Source: Myxococcales bacterium
GTDB lineage: Bacteria; Myxococcota; B64-G9
Direction of reading: 5' to 3'
NCBI GenBank assembly: GCA_012798435.1
Contig: JAAZNF010000113.1
Coordinates: forward strand, 24,979-88,978
Length of the DNA stretch: 64,000 nt
Shown here: positions 1-7,734 of the stretch, piece by piece
How the letters are laid out: each line of letters begins with the position of its first letter
How positions within the stretch are numbered: the first letter of the stretch is position 1
Position numbers and translations under genes: made by a program
Notes under the pieces: model-generated
What the model saw: only the letters and a program-made list of their open reading frames with translations
What the model was told of the DNA's origin: nothing
The model's database searches: none

Positions 1-830
1 TCCACCCACTCGAGAACCTGGCGGCAGGCGAGCAGGACGTCTTCCTCGCCGGTGAGGGCTTTCGCCTCCTCCTGGTTCATGGCCGCGATGGTGACGAACC
101 GCCGTAGAAGATCGATCACCGTGCCCCGCATCTCGCGCACCAGCGAGGCCGTGCCCATCCCCAGGGCCAGCGGTACGTTCGCGTCCGCGGCGATCTCCAT
201 CAACCGCAAGGCCGAGCGCGCCACGGGCCATTCGGGCCGGCGCAGGCAGTACAGCGTGGTCAGCGCCGCGCAGGCCGAGCGCACCAGGCTCTCCGGCACC
301 GCCTCGGGCGGGAAGTCGTTGGAGTTCCCGCTGGAGACGGCGAACGAGCGTTCGCCGTCCGCGCCCACGAAGGTCACCGCGGTGGCGATCGACCCGGGCC
401 GCGCCAGCAAGGTCTCGACCTGCACCGCGGGCGGCGTCTGCGCCAGGTAGAAAAACGCCGGCGAGCCGGGGCGGATGCACTCGTCGATGCAGCCGAGCAG
501 CACCGCCGGCTCCCCGGACAGCATGGTGTAGTTGTGCAGGGTGTTCCCCACCGCGCCGCCGGCCAGCACGCGGACGGGGCAGCCGCTCCTGCGCAGCCGT
601 TCGATGAGGCGGGCGTGCGCCTCGTCCGGCAGCATCACCGACTCGCCGCGCCGGATGCCGAACTCCTGCATGAGCGGCTCCGCGCCGATCACCTCCACGT
701 CCGCGATCACCTGATCGAGCCCGACGACGTACCAGCGGTTCTCCATTTCCTGGCGAGCGGCATCAATGCGGGTCTGGGGCCGGCGGACGGGGAAGTAGTG
801 GCGGGCGATGCGGTTTCCGGGGAACCTCAT
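1..830 (-). CDS. gsk: Inosine-guanosine kinase (PfkB family), 3' end lies outside the window
   Basis: My own reverse-strand translation from ATG (830-828) gives MRFPGNRIARHYFPV...YVVGLDQVIADVEV...LAGGAVGNTLHNY...GERSFAVSSG...AAMNQEEAKALTGEEDVLLA. This is collinear with E. coli Gsk as I recall it (MKFPGKRKSKHYFPV...VVGIDQTLVDIE...FAGGTIGNTMHNY...LAMNEDEAEALTGE). It is absent from the ORF track because the ORF is open at the window edge. Confidence 0.85.
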   Translation of the reverse strand, partial: MRFPGNRIARHYFPVRRPQTRIDAARQEMENRWYVVGLDQVIADVEVIGAEPLMQEFGIRRGESVMLPDEAHARLIERLRRSGCPVRVLAGGAVGNTLHNYTMLSGEPAVLLGCIDECIRPGSPAFFYLAQTPPAVQVETLLARPGSIATAVTFVGADGERSFAVSSGNSNDFPPEAVPESLVRSACAALTTLYCLRRPEWPVARSALRLMEIAADANVPLALGMGTASLVREMRGTVIDLLRRFVTIAAMNQEEAKALTGEEDVLLACRQVLEWV

Positions 831-924
831 GAGGCGGTGGTAGCATTTTCATCCAGGGCCCGCAACGGTTTTCCGGGGCCGGTGGCCGCGCGTCCATCTG
901 ACCGATACGAGTGCCGGGCCACGC

Positions 925-949
925 ATAACATATTGATAAATAATGTTAT
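925..949. promoter_or_regulatory. AT-rich perfect inverted repeat ATAACAT-N11-ATGTTAT containing an IHF-consensus match
   Basis: Arms are 925-931 ATAACAT and 943-949 ATGTTAT (exact reverse complements). The minus strand of 926-938 reads TATCAATATGTTA, which fits WATCAANNNNTTR. It sits about 60 nt upstream of the transcription start predicted from the sigma54-like element at 969-984. It is a local AT island in a GC-rich genome. Confidence 0.3.
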
Positions 950-968
950 TATTCGTCCGGTCGGCGTA

Positions 969-984
969 TGGTCTGGTGATTGCG
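969..984 (+). promoter_or_regulatory. Candidate sigma54 (-24/-12) promoter TGGTCT-N5-TTGCG upstream of the tadE-like operon
   Basis: The sequence tggtctggtgattgcg has GG at 970-971 and GC at 982-983, the canonical spacing of TGGCAC-N5-TTGCW. It lies 53 nt upstream of the ATG at 1037. A sigma54 enhancer-binding protein is encoded at the end of the same cluster. Confidence 0.3.
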
Positions 985-1036
985 GTTGATCTAATGATGG
1001 GGCATGGTGAACGATTACCCCGGCGAGGAGCGGACC

Positions 1037-1825
1037 ATGCGAAGACCCAAAGGGATTCATCGCGAAAGCGGCCAGGTGGAGGTCGAGACCGCCATCGTCC
1101 TGCCGCTGGTGATCTTTTTGCTGCTCGGCCTCATTCAGCTCGGCCTGCTGCACCAGGCAGGCATCATGGCCAAGTACGCCGCCTACCGGGCGGTGCGCAC
1201 CGGGGCCCTGCGCGTCTACTCCAGCCGGGACGACTGGATCAAGGGCATGGAGATGGCCGCCCTGGCGGTGGCGCTGCCCGTGCTGGGGTACAAGACCGGC
1301 GGCGCGGGCAGCCCCGAGGTCCTGGGCAAGACCGACAGCGCGGCCAACTGGCTCATCAAGTGGAACAAGCCCGGCTTCGGGGGGATACTCTTCAAGAACA
1401 AAATGGTGGACCTGCTGCTCACCAGTCTGAAGTACACCGAGGTGAAGATCTGCGGCCCGCTCAAGGGGGACATTCCGGAAGGAGACACCTACGAGGTGAG
1501 CGGCACCAAGTACGTCCCCTTCGATCTGCCGCACGTCTCCGGTAAGGGGAACCGGACCAAGCTGCGCATCCAGCTCACCCTCAACTACCGCATGATCATT
1601 CCCTTCGCCGACTGGGTGATCTACTACATGTACCGGGGCTGGCACACCGCCCGCGAGTTGCACCTGGGCACGGTGAACACCCCGGCGCTTCCCGCAAACG
1701 CCTACGACCTGGCGGCCATGAACAACAAGGTCTACATCATCCCCATCAAATCCCAGTATGCCATGAAGATGCATTCGGATATTCCGTACGATCACCTGCC
1801 CGACGATAACGAGTGCGAGGATTGA
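1037..1825 (+). CDS. TadE-like pilus assembly protein / pseudopilin
   Basis: N-terminus is MRRPKGIHRESGQVEVETAIVLPLVIFLLLGLIQLGLL, a basic leader plus the TadE-type hydrophobic segment (E-x-A-x-x-x-P-L). GAGGAG lies upstream of ATG 1037. The ORF-track start at 1004 is also possible. Confidence 0.75.
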   Translation: MRRPKGIHRESGQVEVETAIVLPLVIFLLLGLIQLGLLHQAGIMAKYAAYRAVRTGALRVYSSRDDWIKGMEMAALAVALPVLGYKTGGAGSPEVLGKTDSAANWLIKWNKPGFGGILFKNKMVDLLLTSLKYTEVKICGPLKGDIPEGDTYEVSGTKYVPFDLPHVSGKGNRTKLRIQLTLNYRMIIPFADWVIYYMYRGWHTARELHLGTVNTPALPANAYDLAAMNNKVYIIPIKSQYAMKMHSDIPYDHLPDDNECED

Positions 1826-1835
1826 GGAGGGCCCC

Positions 1836-3416
1836 ATGAACGCACACGGACTACTGAACCGCCTGCGCAGTCGTCGCCGCGGCCAGATCATGGCCCTGGG
1901 GGCGCTCTCGATCCTGATCGTGGCCCTCGTCTTGTTGCTCACACTCAACCTGGGCCAGTCGGTGTTCGAAAAGATACGTGTCCAGCAGGTGACCGACGCG
2001 GTGGCCTTCTCCGAGGCCACCCTGGAGGCGCGCGCCTTCAACTACTTCGCCTACACCAACCGGGCCAACCTGTCGCTGCTGGTGTCCGCCGTCTCGGCGC
2101 ACTCCTTCATGAACATGGCCACCATGGTGGTGGAGATCAACATGGCGGCCGCGCTCAACGACTTCATCATGGCGGGCATGGAGATCGGGGAGTGCTGCTC
2201 CTGCCCCTACTGCTCTTGCGTCATCCACTGTATCCACGCGGCCTTCGATACCGTGGACGGGGTGATGTACTTCATCGAAACCATCGACCTGGGCAGCAAG
2301 GTCATGGACATCGACGAGAAGTTCGTCGATTTCCTCGACGCCATCAACGAGCACATGAAGAAGATCACCGACGACCAGCGGGACGTCCGCGACGCCATCA
2401 AGCTCCAGATGCCGATCATCGGCCAGCAGATCCAGAGCGAGTTCGCCCCACAGGCCAGCCTGGCCTTGCAGATCGAGGGCATCAACTCCCAGGAGTACGA
2501 TCACGCCTTCGAGGACAACGTGAACGGAGAGAGCGTCAAGCAGGAGAAGGCCGACTTCGTGGCCACCGAGGCCGCCAACGGGACCCGCGAGGGTATCGGC
2601 AAGGGGCTGATCATGGAGGGGTTGCGACTCAACTTCAACTTCAGCGACTTCGTGCTCTCCGACACCATGGACGACTTCGAGAGCGACACGCCCATCTTCG
2701 ACACCGAGTCGAGCGTGATGATCTACCTCGGCGGCTCCAAGGTGATCGAGAGCGGTGGCAGCCCCTACCAGGTCCTCACCGAGAGCGGGCCGGGACCCGA
2801 GGGCAAGGGCGTGGGGGCCTTCGACTTCGCTTTGGTCAGCTCCGAGGCTTATTGCGAATCTTCCGTGATGATCGCCATGTCCATGCTGGGCTCGGGCGAG
2901 GACGGCATGCACCTCGGTCTGGTGTGGCCGATGGTGTGCGGGGCGGATCACACCGGGAAGTTCGAGTGTCTGTACGAGCCGGGCGGCGAGAACGGCTGCT
3001 TCATGCTGTTCCACTCGGACGAGAACCCGGGCAACGACTACGGCCAGCCCAAGGTGTACGCCTTCATGCACCAGGACCTGCGGCTGGACTTCGACGGCAA
3101 CAAGGGCCCCTGGGAGCTCAACGACAGCGGCGAGGTCAAGGTGAACCTGGGGGGCGACGTGGGCGAGAAGAAGATGCAGCTCTCGAACGCGCGCAGCGAG
3201 GGCGTGGCCATGAGCAAGGCGCTGGTGTACTACCACTGGCCCCACAAGGAAACCGGCGGGTGGAAGGAGCACCCCAACTTCTTCAACCCCTTCTGGCGCG
3301 CGAAACTGCAGCCGTTCCGTCAGGAAGAGGCGCGCAATGTCGTGACGCTGGCCGGCCATCCGGAGTACCTGCCGCTGATCCTGGCCGGCAGCATCAGCGA
3401 AGTCCCGTTGCCCTAG
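1836..3416 (+). CDS. TadG-like (Flp pilus assembly, putative Tad N-terminal domain) protein with Cys/His cluster
   Basis: N-terminus RSRRRGQIMALGALSILIVALVLLLTLNLGQSVFEKIRVQQVTDAVAFS matches the TadG-like N-terminal pattern. RBS GAGGAGGG precedes it, with a 10-nt gap after the previous gene. No obvious vWA motif was seen. It contains CCSCPYCSCVIHCIH. Confidence 0.7.
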   Translation: MNAHGLLNRLRSRRRGQIMALGALSILIVALVLLLTLNLGQSVFEKIRVQQVTDAVAFSEATLEARAFNYFAYTNRANLSLLVSAVSAHSFMNMATMVVEINMAAALNDFIMAGMEIGECCSCPYCSCVIHCIHAAFDTVDGVMYFIETIDLGSKVMDIDEKFVDFLDAINEHMKKITDDQRDVRDAIKLQMPIIGQQIQSEFAPQASLALQIEGINSQEYDHAFEDNVNGESVKQEKADFVATEAANGTREGIGKGLIMEGLRLNFNFSDFVLSDTMDDFESDTPIFDTESSVMIYLGGSKVIESGGSPYQVLTESGPGPEGKGVGAFDFALVSSEAYCESSVMIAMSMLGSGEDGMHLGLVWPMVCGADHTGKFECLYEPGGENGCFMLFHSDENPGNDYGQPKVYAFMHQDLRLDFDGNKGPWELNDSGEVKVNLGGDVGEKKMQLSNARSEGVAMSKALVYYHWPHKETGGWKEHPNFFNPFWRAKLQPFRQEEARNVVTLAGHPEYLPLILAGSISEVPLP

Positions 3417-3425
3417 GAGGTCGCC

Positions 3426-4433
3426 ATGAGCCGCCTGCGACTGATGCGTCAATCCGAGCGCGGCGCCGCCATGGTGGAGCTGGCGGTGCTCATGCTGGTG
3501 TTCGTGCCGCTGGTCATGCTCCCCATGTACTTCCAGGACGCCATGCGCTACAAGCTCAACGTCCAGGAAGCGGTGTATTCCGCCGCCTGGGACATGGCCT
3601 ACGCCAACTACCAAGAGGACTCGGAGGGGACCATCACCGGCGAGGCCGAGAACGACAACCATGATCTCTACGCGGATCTGCGCTCGGATGTCGAGCGGGA
3701 CGCCAGCGACGAGTGGATCGGTGGGCCGTGGGCCAAGTTCAAGTGGCGCCAGCAGATTGACTGCGAGATCGACACCTCGCTGGCCTCCTCGGTCAGCACC
3801 TCCGGCATGTGGTTGGCGCTGGCGCTGCTCAATTCGACGGGCGGCAAGGCCTACTGCAAGGGCTCCATCGACGTGCGCAACGACTACGTGCCCAAGGTGT
3901 TCATGCAGGAATTTGCCGAGAAGGATCTCTTCGAACAGGACAATGACCCGTTCGAGTTCGGCGAAGGCTCCGATCACGACTTCCGGTTCGGCCTGCTGGT
4001 CGACCCCTGGTGTATCCAGCAGGAAGGCCGCAGCCTGGGGTTCTTGGGCTACATGTACTTCACCCTGTCGAGCATCCCGCTGGACGGGTACGCGTTGCGG
4101 GCCGCGGCGGTGCTGCTGGCGGCTCCCGGACGCGGCGACTTCACCGACGCCTGGGATGACTTCGCGAAGAAGATGAACGACGAGGACATCAGCGAAAGCC
4201 AAAGTTCTTTGGAAATGAACCTCGACAACCCCACCCTGCTCGATCTCAAGTCGAACCACCTGCCCGACAACAAGAACCTGGTGCCCCACCTCGGCGTCCA
4301 GTGGAAGTACTACACCACGCCCATGGAGGACGGACAGAGCGACACCTACAAGGAAACCTTCGATGCCCGCGAGGCGGACGGTGACGAGGCCTACTACCTG
4401 GGCTGCAAGCAGTTCGAGCCCAACTGCAGCTAG
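3426..4433 (+). CDS. TadE-like pilus assembly protein / pseudopilin (second copy, TadF-position)
   Basis: N-terminus MRQSERGAAMVELAVLMLVFVPLVMLPMYF is TadE-type. RBS AGGAGG precedes it, with a 9-nt gap from the upstream gene. Confidence 0.7.
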   Translation: MSRLRLMRQSERGAAMVELAVLMLVFVPLVMLPMYFQDAMRYKLNVQEAVYSAAWDMAYANYQEDSEGTITGEAENDNHDLYADLRSDVERDASDEWIGGPWAKFKWRQQIDCEIDTSLASSVSTSGMWLALALLNSTGGKAYCKGSIDVRNDYVPKVFMQEFAEKDLFEQDNDPFEFGEGSDHDFRFGLLVDPWCIQQEGRSLGFLGYMYFTLSSIPLDGYALRAAAVLLAAPGRGDFTDAWDDFAKKMNDEDISESQSSLEMNLDNPTLLDLKSNHLPDNKNLVPHLGVQWKYYTTPMEDGQSDTYKETFDAREADGDEAYYLGCKQFEPNCS

Positions 4434-4443
4434 GAGCGGATGA

Positions 4444-5178
4444 ATGGCGGCCCTGCTGGCCATCGTTGTGATTCTGCTTGGCGCGCAGGCCGCGGCCCCG
4501 GCCGCTCCGGCCAGCTCCCCGAAGGCCCCGGCTGCGCCGGCGGCGACCGTCCTGGGGTTTCCCCCCTATCCGGGGGCGCTGTCGCTGCGTTTCTCCGGCG
4601 ACCTCAAGGTCAACGGCGTCCCGGCGGACGCGCTGGTGCTGCACACCGGCGATTCGCAGGAGACCGTGCTGGCGTACTATCAAGAGAAACTGGCCGGCAA
4701 GGTGTTCCCGCTCAAGGTGCACCGCTTTGGCGCCGGGAGCGCCTACGTCAGTTTCTACGATGAGCTCTCGCGCACCATCCGGGTACTGACCGTGATACCC
4801 GATCCAGCGGGCGGCTCCATGCTGGTCTACTCCTCGATGGATCCGCGGCCCCTTTATCAGAAGAAGCAGGGCGTTCCTCCCCCGGCGCTGCCGCAGATCC
4901 CCGGTGCCGAGCGGATCACCACCACCGAATCGAACAGCCGCGGCGACACCTCGCACAGCGCGCACTTCCTGCTTCCCGGCCGCACTGAAGAGCAGGCGCG
5001 CGCCACCGTCAAAGACGCGATGCGCGAACAGGGCTGGAAGCTCATGGCCGACGATGCGCTCGACAAGGATAGCCTGGTGTTTGAAAAAGAGTCCCGGATG
5101 TGTATCGTCCGGATCGGGTTGGCGAACCAAGGCGGCGCTGCCGGCGCCTCGATCACCATGGTGGTGAGCCAGAGGTAG
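4444..5178 (+). CDS. Secreted hypothetical protein (Ala/Pro-rich linker, two alpha/beta-looking halves)
   Basis: Hydrophobic N-terminus MAALLAIVVILLGAQAAAPAAPA. Third-codon positions are GC-rich, and the gene is in an operon with the tad-like genes (10-nt gap). I recognise no family. Confidence 0.55.
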   Translation: MAALLAIVVILLGAQAAAPAAPASSPKAPAAPAATVLGFPPYPGALSLRFSGDLKVNGVPADALVLHTGDSQETVLAYYQEKLAGKVFPLKVHRFGAGSAYVSFYDELSRTIRVLTVIPDPAGGSMLVYSSMDPRPLYQKKQGVPPPALPQIPGAERITTTESNSRGDTSHSAHFLLPGRTEEQARATVKDAMREQGWKLMADDALDKDSLVFEKESRMCIVRIGLANQGGAAGASITMVVSQR

Positions 5179-5207
5179 CCCCGCCGCAGCATACGGGAGA
5201 GACGGCG

Positions 5208-5444
5208 ATGCGCAAGAAGAGCTTGTGGTGGCTGATTCTGGCCCTGGCGATGTTGATCCCGCTCGTGGTGTGGGCCGAGTCGAAGCGGGAGAAGTGCCTC
5301 AAGGCCTGCGAGATGAGCGTGGAGTATTGCACCAAGGCCTGCAAGGACGGCGCCGGCGGCAAGCCGGGAGCGGATGCCGAGTGCAAGAAGGCTTGCGACT
5401 TCGCCAAGAAGAAGTGCGAAGAGGTTTGCCAGAAGCGCTACTAG
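5208..5444 (+). CDS. Small secreted cysteine-rich protein with duplicated CX3C-X6-CX3C motif
   Basis: An internal ATG at 5208 gives MRKKSLWWLILALAMLIPLVVWA (signal peptide). The mature part is ESKREKCLKACEMSVEYCTKACKDGAGGKPGADAECKKACDFAKKKCEEVCQKRY. Third-position GC bias is strong. The ORF-track start at 5100 would overlap the previous gene. Confidence 0.6.
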   Translation: MRKKSLWWLILALAMLIPLVVWAESKREKCLKACEMSVEYCTKACKDGAGGKPGADAECKKACDFAKKKCEEVCQKRY

Positions 5445-5469
5445 CCGGTGCGGCCGGCGGGAGGCGGAC

Positions 5470-5655
5470 ATGAAGAGGCGAATGCCGAGACTCAAGGGCC
5501 GGCGCGGGCAGGCCATGGTCAACTACGCCATCATCACCTTCTTCATCCTGGGAGGGTTGACGGGCCTGAGCATGATCATCCTGCCGCAGATGCTGGACGC
5601 GTTGGATGCCTTCACCGCCAGCATGTACTTCTGCGTCAACATGCCGCTACCGTGA
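5470..5655 (+). CDS. Flp-family-like type IVb pilin (atypical: N instead of E at mature position 5)
   Basis: ATG 5470 is preceded by GGGAGG. The 61-aa product is MKRRMPRLKGRRG/QAMVNYAIITFFILGGLTGLSMIILPQ..., a basic leader, a Gly, then a hydrophobic helix. It resembles the Flp G/xxxxEY processing motif but reads NY. About 90% of third positions are G/C by my codon-by-codon read. Confidence 0.5.
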   Translation: MKRRMPRLKGRRGQAMVNYAIITFFILGGLTGLSMIILPQMLDALDAFTASMYFCVNMPLP

Positions 5656-5656
5656 A

Positions 5657-5701
5657 CAGCGGCGAGAGGACGACGAGCCGGCACGCGGCTGCCCTCCGCT
5701 G
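5657..5701 (+). terminator. Imperfect GC hairpin directly after the flp-like gene (possible terminator/attenuator)
   Basis: Outer stem is CAGCGG (5657-5662) pairing with CCGCTG (5696-5701). Inner stem is AGCCG (5676-5680) pairing with CGGCT (5686-5690), with loop GCACG. Only a weak U-containing tail follows (attgcgacgatgtttta). Confidence 0.25.
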
Positions 5702-5941
5702 ATTGCGACGATGTTTTACGCAGCATGTGATCTTGGGGATTCGCCAGTCGCCAACCCTCCCTGGAGTGATTTCGGATCCCGCTGACGTCTTCCAGTAGAG
5801 CCCGCATCACCCGCGAAGGCGCTTTCGGCGCGATCGAAAGCGGGGTCCGAGCACCGGCTGTCGGCGGGCGGGCGTGCCGGGGTTGAGGCCAGAGGCCGCG
5901 AATCTTCGGCCGCCACCGCGTTGATCTGAGCCGTGGTGAGG

Positions 5942-5971
5942 TTGACAGATTCCGGTCTTTGCGGGTAGCTT
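5942..5971 (+). promoter_or_regulatory. Candidate sigma70-type promoter of the FHA-sigma54 activator gene
   Basis: Perfect TTGACA (5942-5947), an 18-nt spacer, then TAGCTT (5966-5971). ATG is at 5994, with GAGGTG 8 nt upstream. Confidence 0.35.
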
Positions 5972-5993
5972 CGCGCCGCGAGGTGCAAAGAAC

Positions 5994-7670
5994 ATGGGCG
6001 AGGCGAGAGAGCCGCGGGCGAGCTTCGAGCTGCTTTTGACCCGGGATGGCAAGGACGTGGCGGTGGTGCCGCTCGAGCGGGACTCCTTCCGGGTCGGCCG
6101 CGCCCCCACCAACGACCTGGCCGTTCCCGATGCGAAGGTCTCGCGGCACCAGTTCGAGCTTTTACAGACCCCGAAAGGCATCCGGCTGCTGGATCGCAGC
6201 GGCAAGGGAACCGTGGTGAACGGCGAGAAGACGAGCGAGGCCGAGCTTGCGCCGGGGGCCTGCGTGTCGTGCGGCGCCCTGTCGCTGTTTCTCCGCCCCT
6301 GTGAAACCGTCGCGGGAAGCGATCTCACGCGGCCCGGCGGGGGCACCGAAGTGTTGGAGCGGCCCGCCGATTCGACCGGCCACCGCCTGGTGCTCACCGG
6401 AATGAGCGGCGACCGTCCGGTGCGGGTCGTGCTGAGCCAGGGTGTGCTGGGTCTGGGGAAGGATCCATCCAACGCGGTGGTGATCCGCGAGCCCTACATC
6501 TCCTCGTTCCACTGCCGCCTGTTCCAGAAACCCGACGGCTGGTACGTGTCGGATCTCGATTCCACCAACGGCACCTTCATCAACGGTGTCCGCGTGACCG
6601 AGGCCCGGCTGGAGCCCGGGGTGACCCTGACCGTGGGGCGGCTGGATCTGCGGCTCGGGCTCGAGGCCGAGAGCGGCGAGTGGCCCGGCTTCGGGGCCAT
6701 CTACTCGCAGGACCCGGCCATGAAGCCGGTGTTCGCCCTCATCCAGCGTGCCGCCGCCACCGACGAGCCGGTGCTCATCACCGGCGAATCCGGCACCGGC
6801 AAGGAACTGGTCGCGCGCGAGCTGCACCGCTTGAGCCAGCGCTGCGCTCGGCGCCTGGTACCGCTGAACTGCAGCGCCATGCCGCGGGATTTGGTGGAGA
6901 GCGAGCTGTTCGGCTACGAGCGGGGCGCCTTCACCGGCGCCAACACCGCGCGGGCCGGGCTGTTCGAGGAGGCCGATGGGGGCACCCTGTTTCTAGACGA
7001 GATCGGCGAGTTGCCGCTCGAGCTCCAGCCGAAACTCTTGCGTGTGCTGGAGAACGGCGAGGTGCGGCGGGTGGGGGGCAACGCGCCGTTGCACGTCGAC
7101 GTCCGGCTCCTCTCGGCCACCCACCGCGATCTCTCCCGCAGCGTAGGCCAGAAGACCTTCCGCGAGGATCTGTACTACCGGTTGTGCGTGATCCCCATCC
7201 AGCTGCCGCCGCTACGGGAACGGCCCAGAGACATCCCGTTGCTGGCCCGGATCTTCCTCGAGCAGGCCACCCGCAACCTGGGACCCAAGCACTTCTCGCC
7301 GGCCGCCCTCGATCACCTCAGCACCTACCGCTTCCCGGGGAACGTGCGCGAGCTGCGGCACGCCGTCACGCGGGCGGCCATCCTGTGTCCGCGCGACACC
7401 ATCGGCCCGGAGCACCTGGTCTTCCACCCGCCCACCCTGGCGGATCGGGTGGCCGAGTCGCTGGTGTACCGCAAGGGCATGACCATGCGCGAGGTCGAGC
7501 AGGAGGTCATCCGCGAGGCGGTGCTGGCGTTCGACGGCAACGTGGGCATGGCGGCGCGGTCGCTGGGCGTGGCGCGCAGCACCTTGTGGGACAAGATGGC
7601 CCGCTACCACATCCAGATTCCCGGAGTCACGGAAAAGCCAGGTAGCGGTTCGGCCAACGCCCGGCGCTAG
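5994..7670 (+). CDS. Sigma54-dependent enhancer-binding protein with two N-terminal FHA domains and C-terminal Fis-type HTH
   Basis: There are two FHA-like segments ([25 protein letters not shown]...; [25 protein letters not shown]...[10 protein letters not shown]). The AAA+ core shows [14 protein letters not shown] (Walker A), the sigma54-contact motif ERGAFTGA, and [12 protein letters not shown] (Walker B). The C-terminal HTH is [20 protein letters not shown]. Confidence 0.9.
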   Translation: MGEAREPRASFELLLTRDGKDVAVVPLERDSFRVGRAPTNDLAVPDAKVSRHQFELLQTPKGIRLLDRSGKGTVVNGEKTSEAELAPGACVSCGALSLFLRPCETVAGSDLTRPGGGTEVLERPADSTGHRLVLTGMSGDRPVRVVLSQGVLGLGKDPSNAVVIREPYISSFHCRLFQKPDGWYVSDLDSTNGTFINGVRVTEARLEPGVTLTVGRLDLRLGLEAESGEWPGFGAIYSQDPAMKPVFALIQRAAATDEPVLITGESGTGKELVARELHRLSQRCARRLVPLNCSAMPRDLVESELFGYERGAFTGANTARAGLFEEADGGTLFLDEIGELPLELQPKLLRVLENGEVRRVGGNAPLHVDVRLLSATHRDLSRSVGQKTFREDLYYRLCVIPIQLPPLRERPRDIPLLARIFLEQATRNLGPKHFSPAALDHLSTYRFPGNVRELRHAVTRAAILCPRDTIGPEHLVFHPPTLADRVAESLVYRKGMTMREVEQEVIREAVLAFDGNVGMAARSLGVARSTLWDKMARYHIQIPGVTEKPGSGSANARR

Positions 7671-7734
7671 CGCGGCGGACACGACGTACCCAGCCCCGGC
7701 AGTTTCCTTCTGTTGAGCTTGGTTGTCCCGGTTA

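Noticed and set aside
1851-4463. 870-aa minus-strand ORF spanning the TadG-like and TadE-like genes. Similar long antisense ORFs occur elsewhere: 827-2041, 8868-11672, 17840-19831, 20013-22418, 46548-51059 (1503 aa) and 61012-63423.
   Set aside because: These are typical shadow ORFs of GC-rich DNA. Their translations are monotonous Arg/Ala/Gly/Pro/His/Val strings with no recognisable motifs. Each is fully antisense to, or out of frame with, a gene that has clear family signatures, an RBS and third-position GC bias.
5716-5988. 90-aa minus-strand ORF inside the flp-to-activator intergenic gap.
   Set aside because: It has no RBS and no motif, and its composition is typical of random GC-rich frames. 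I treat the region as non-coding or regulatory.
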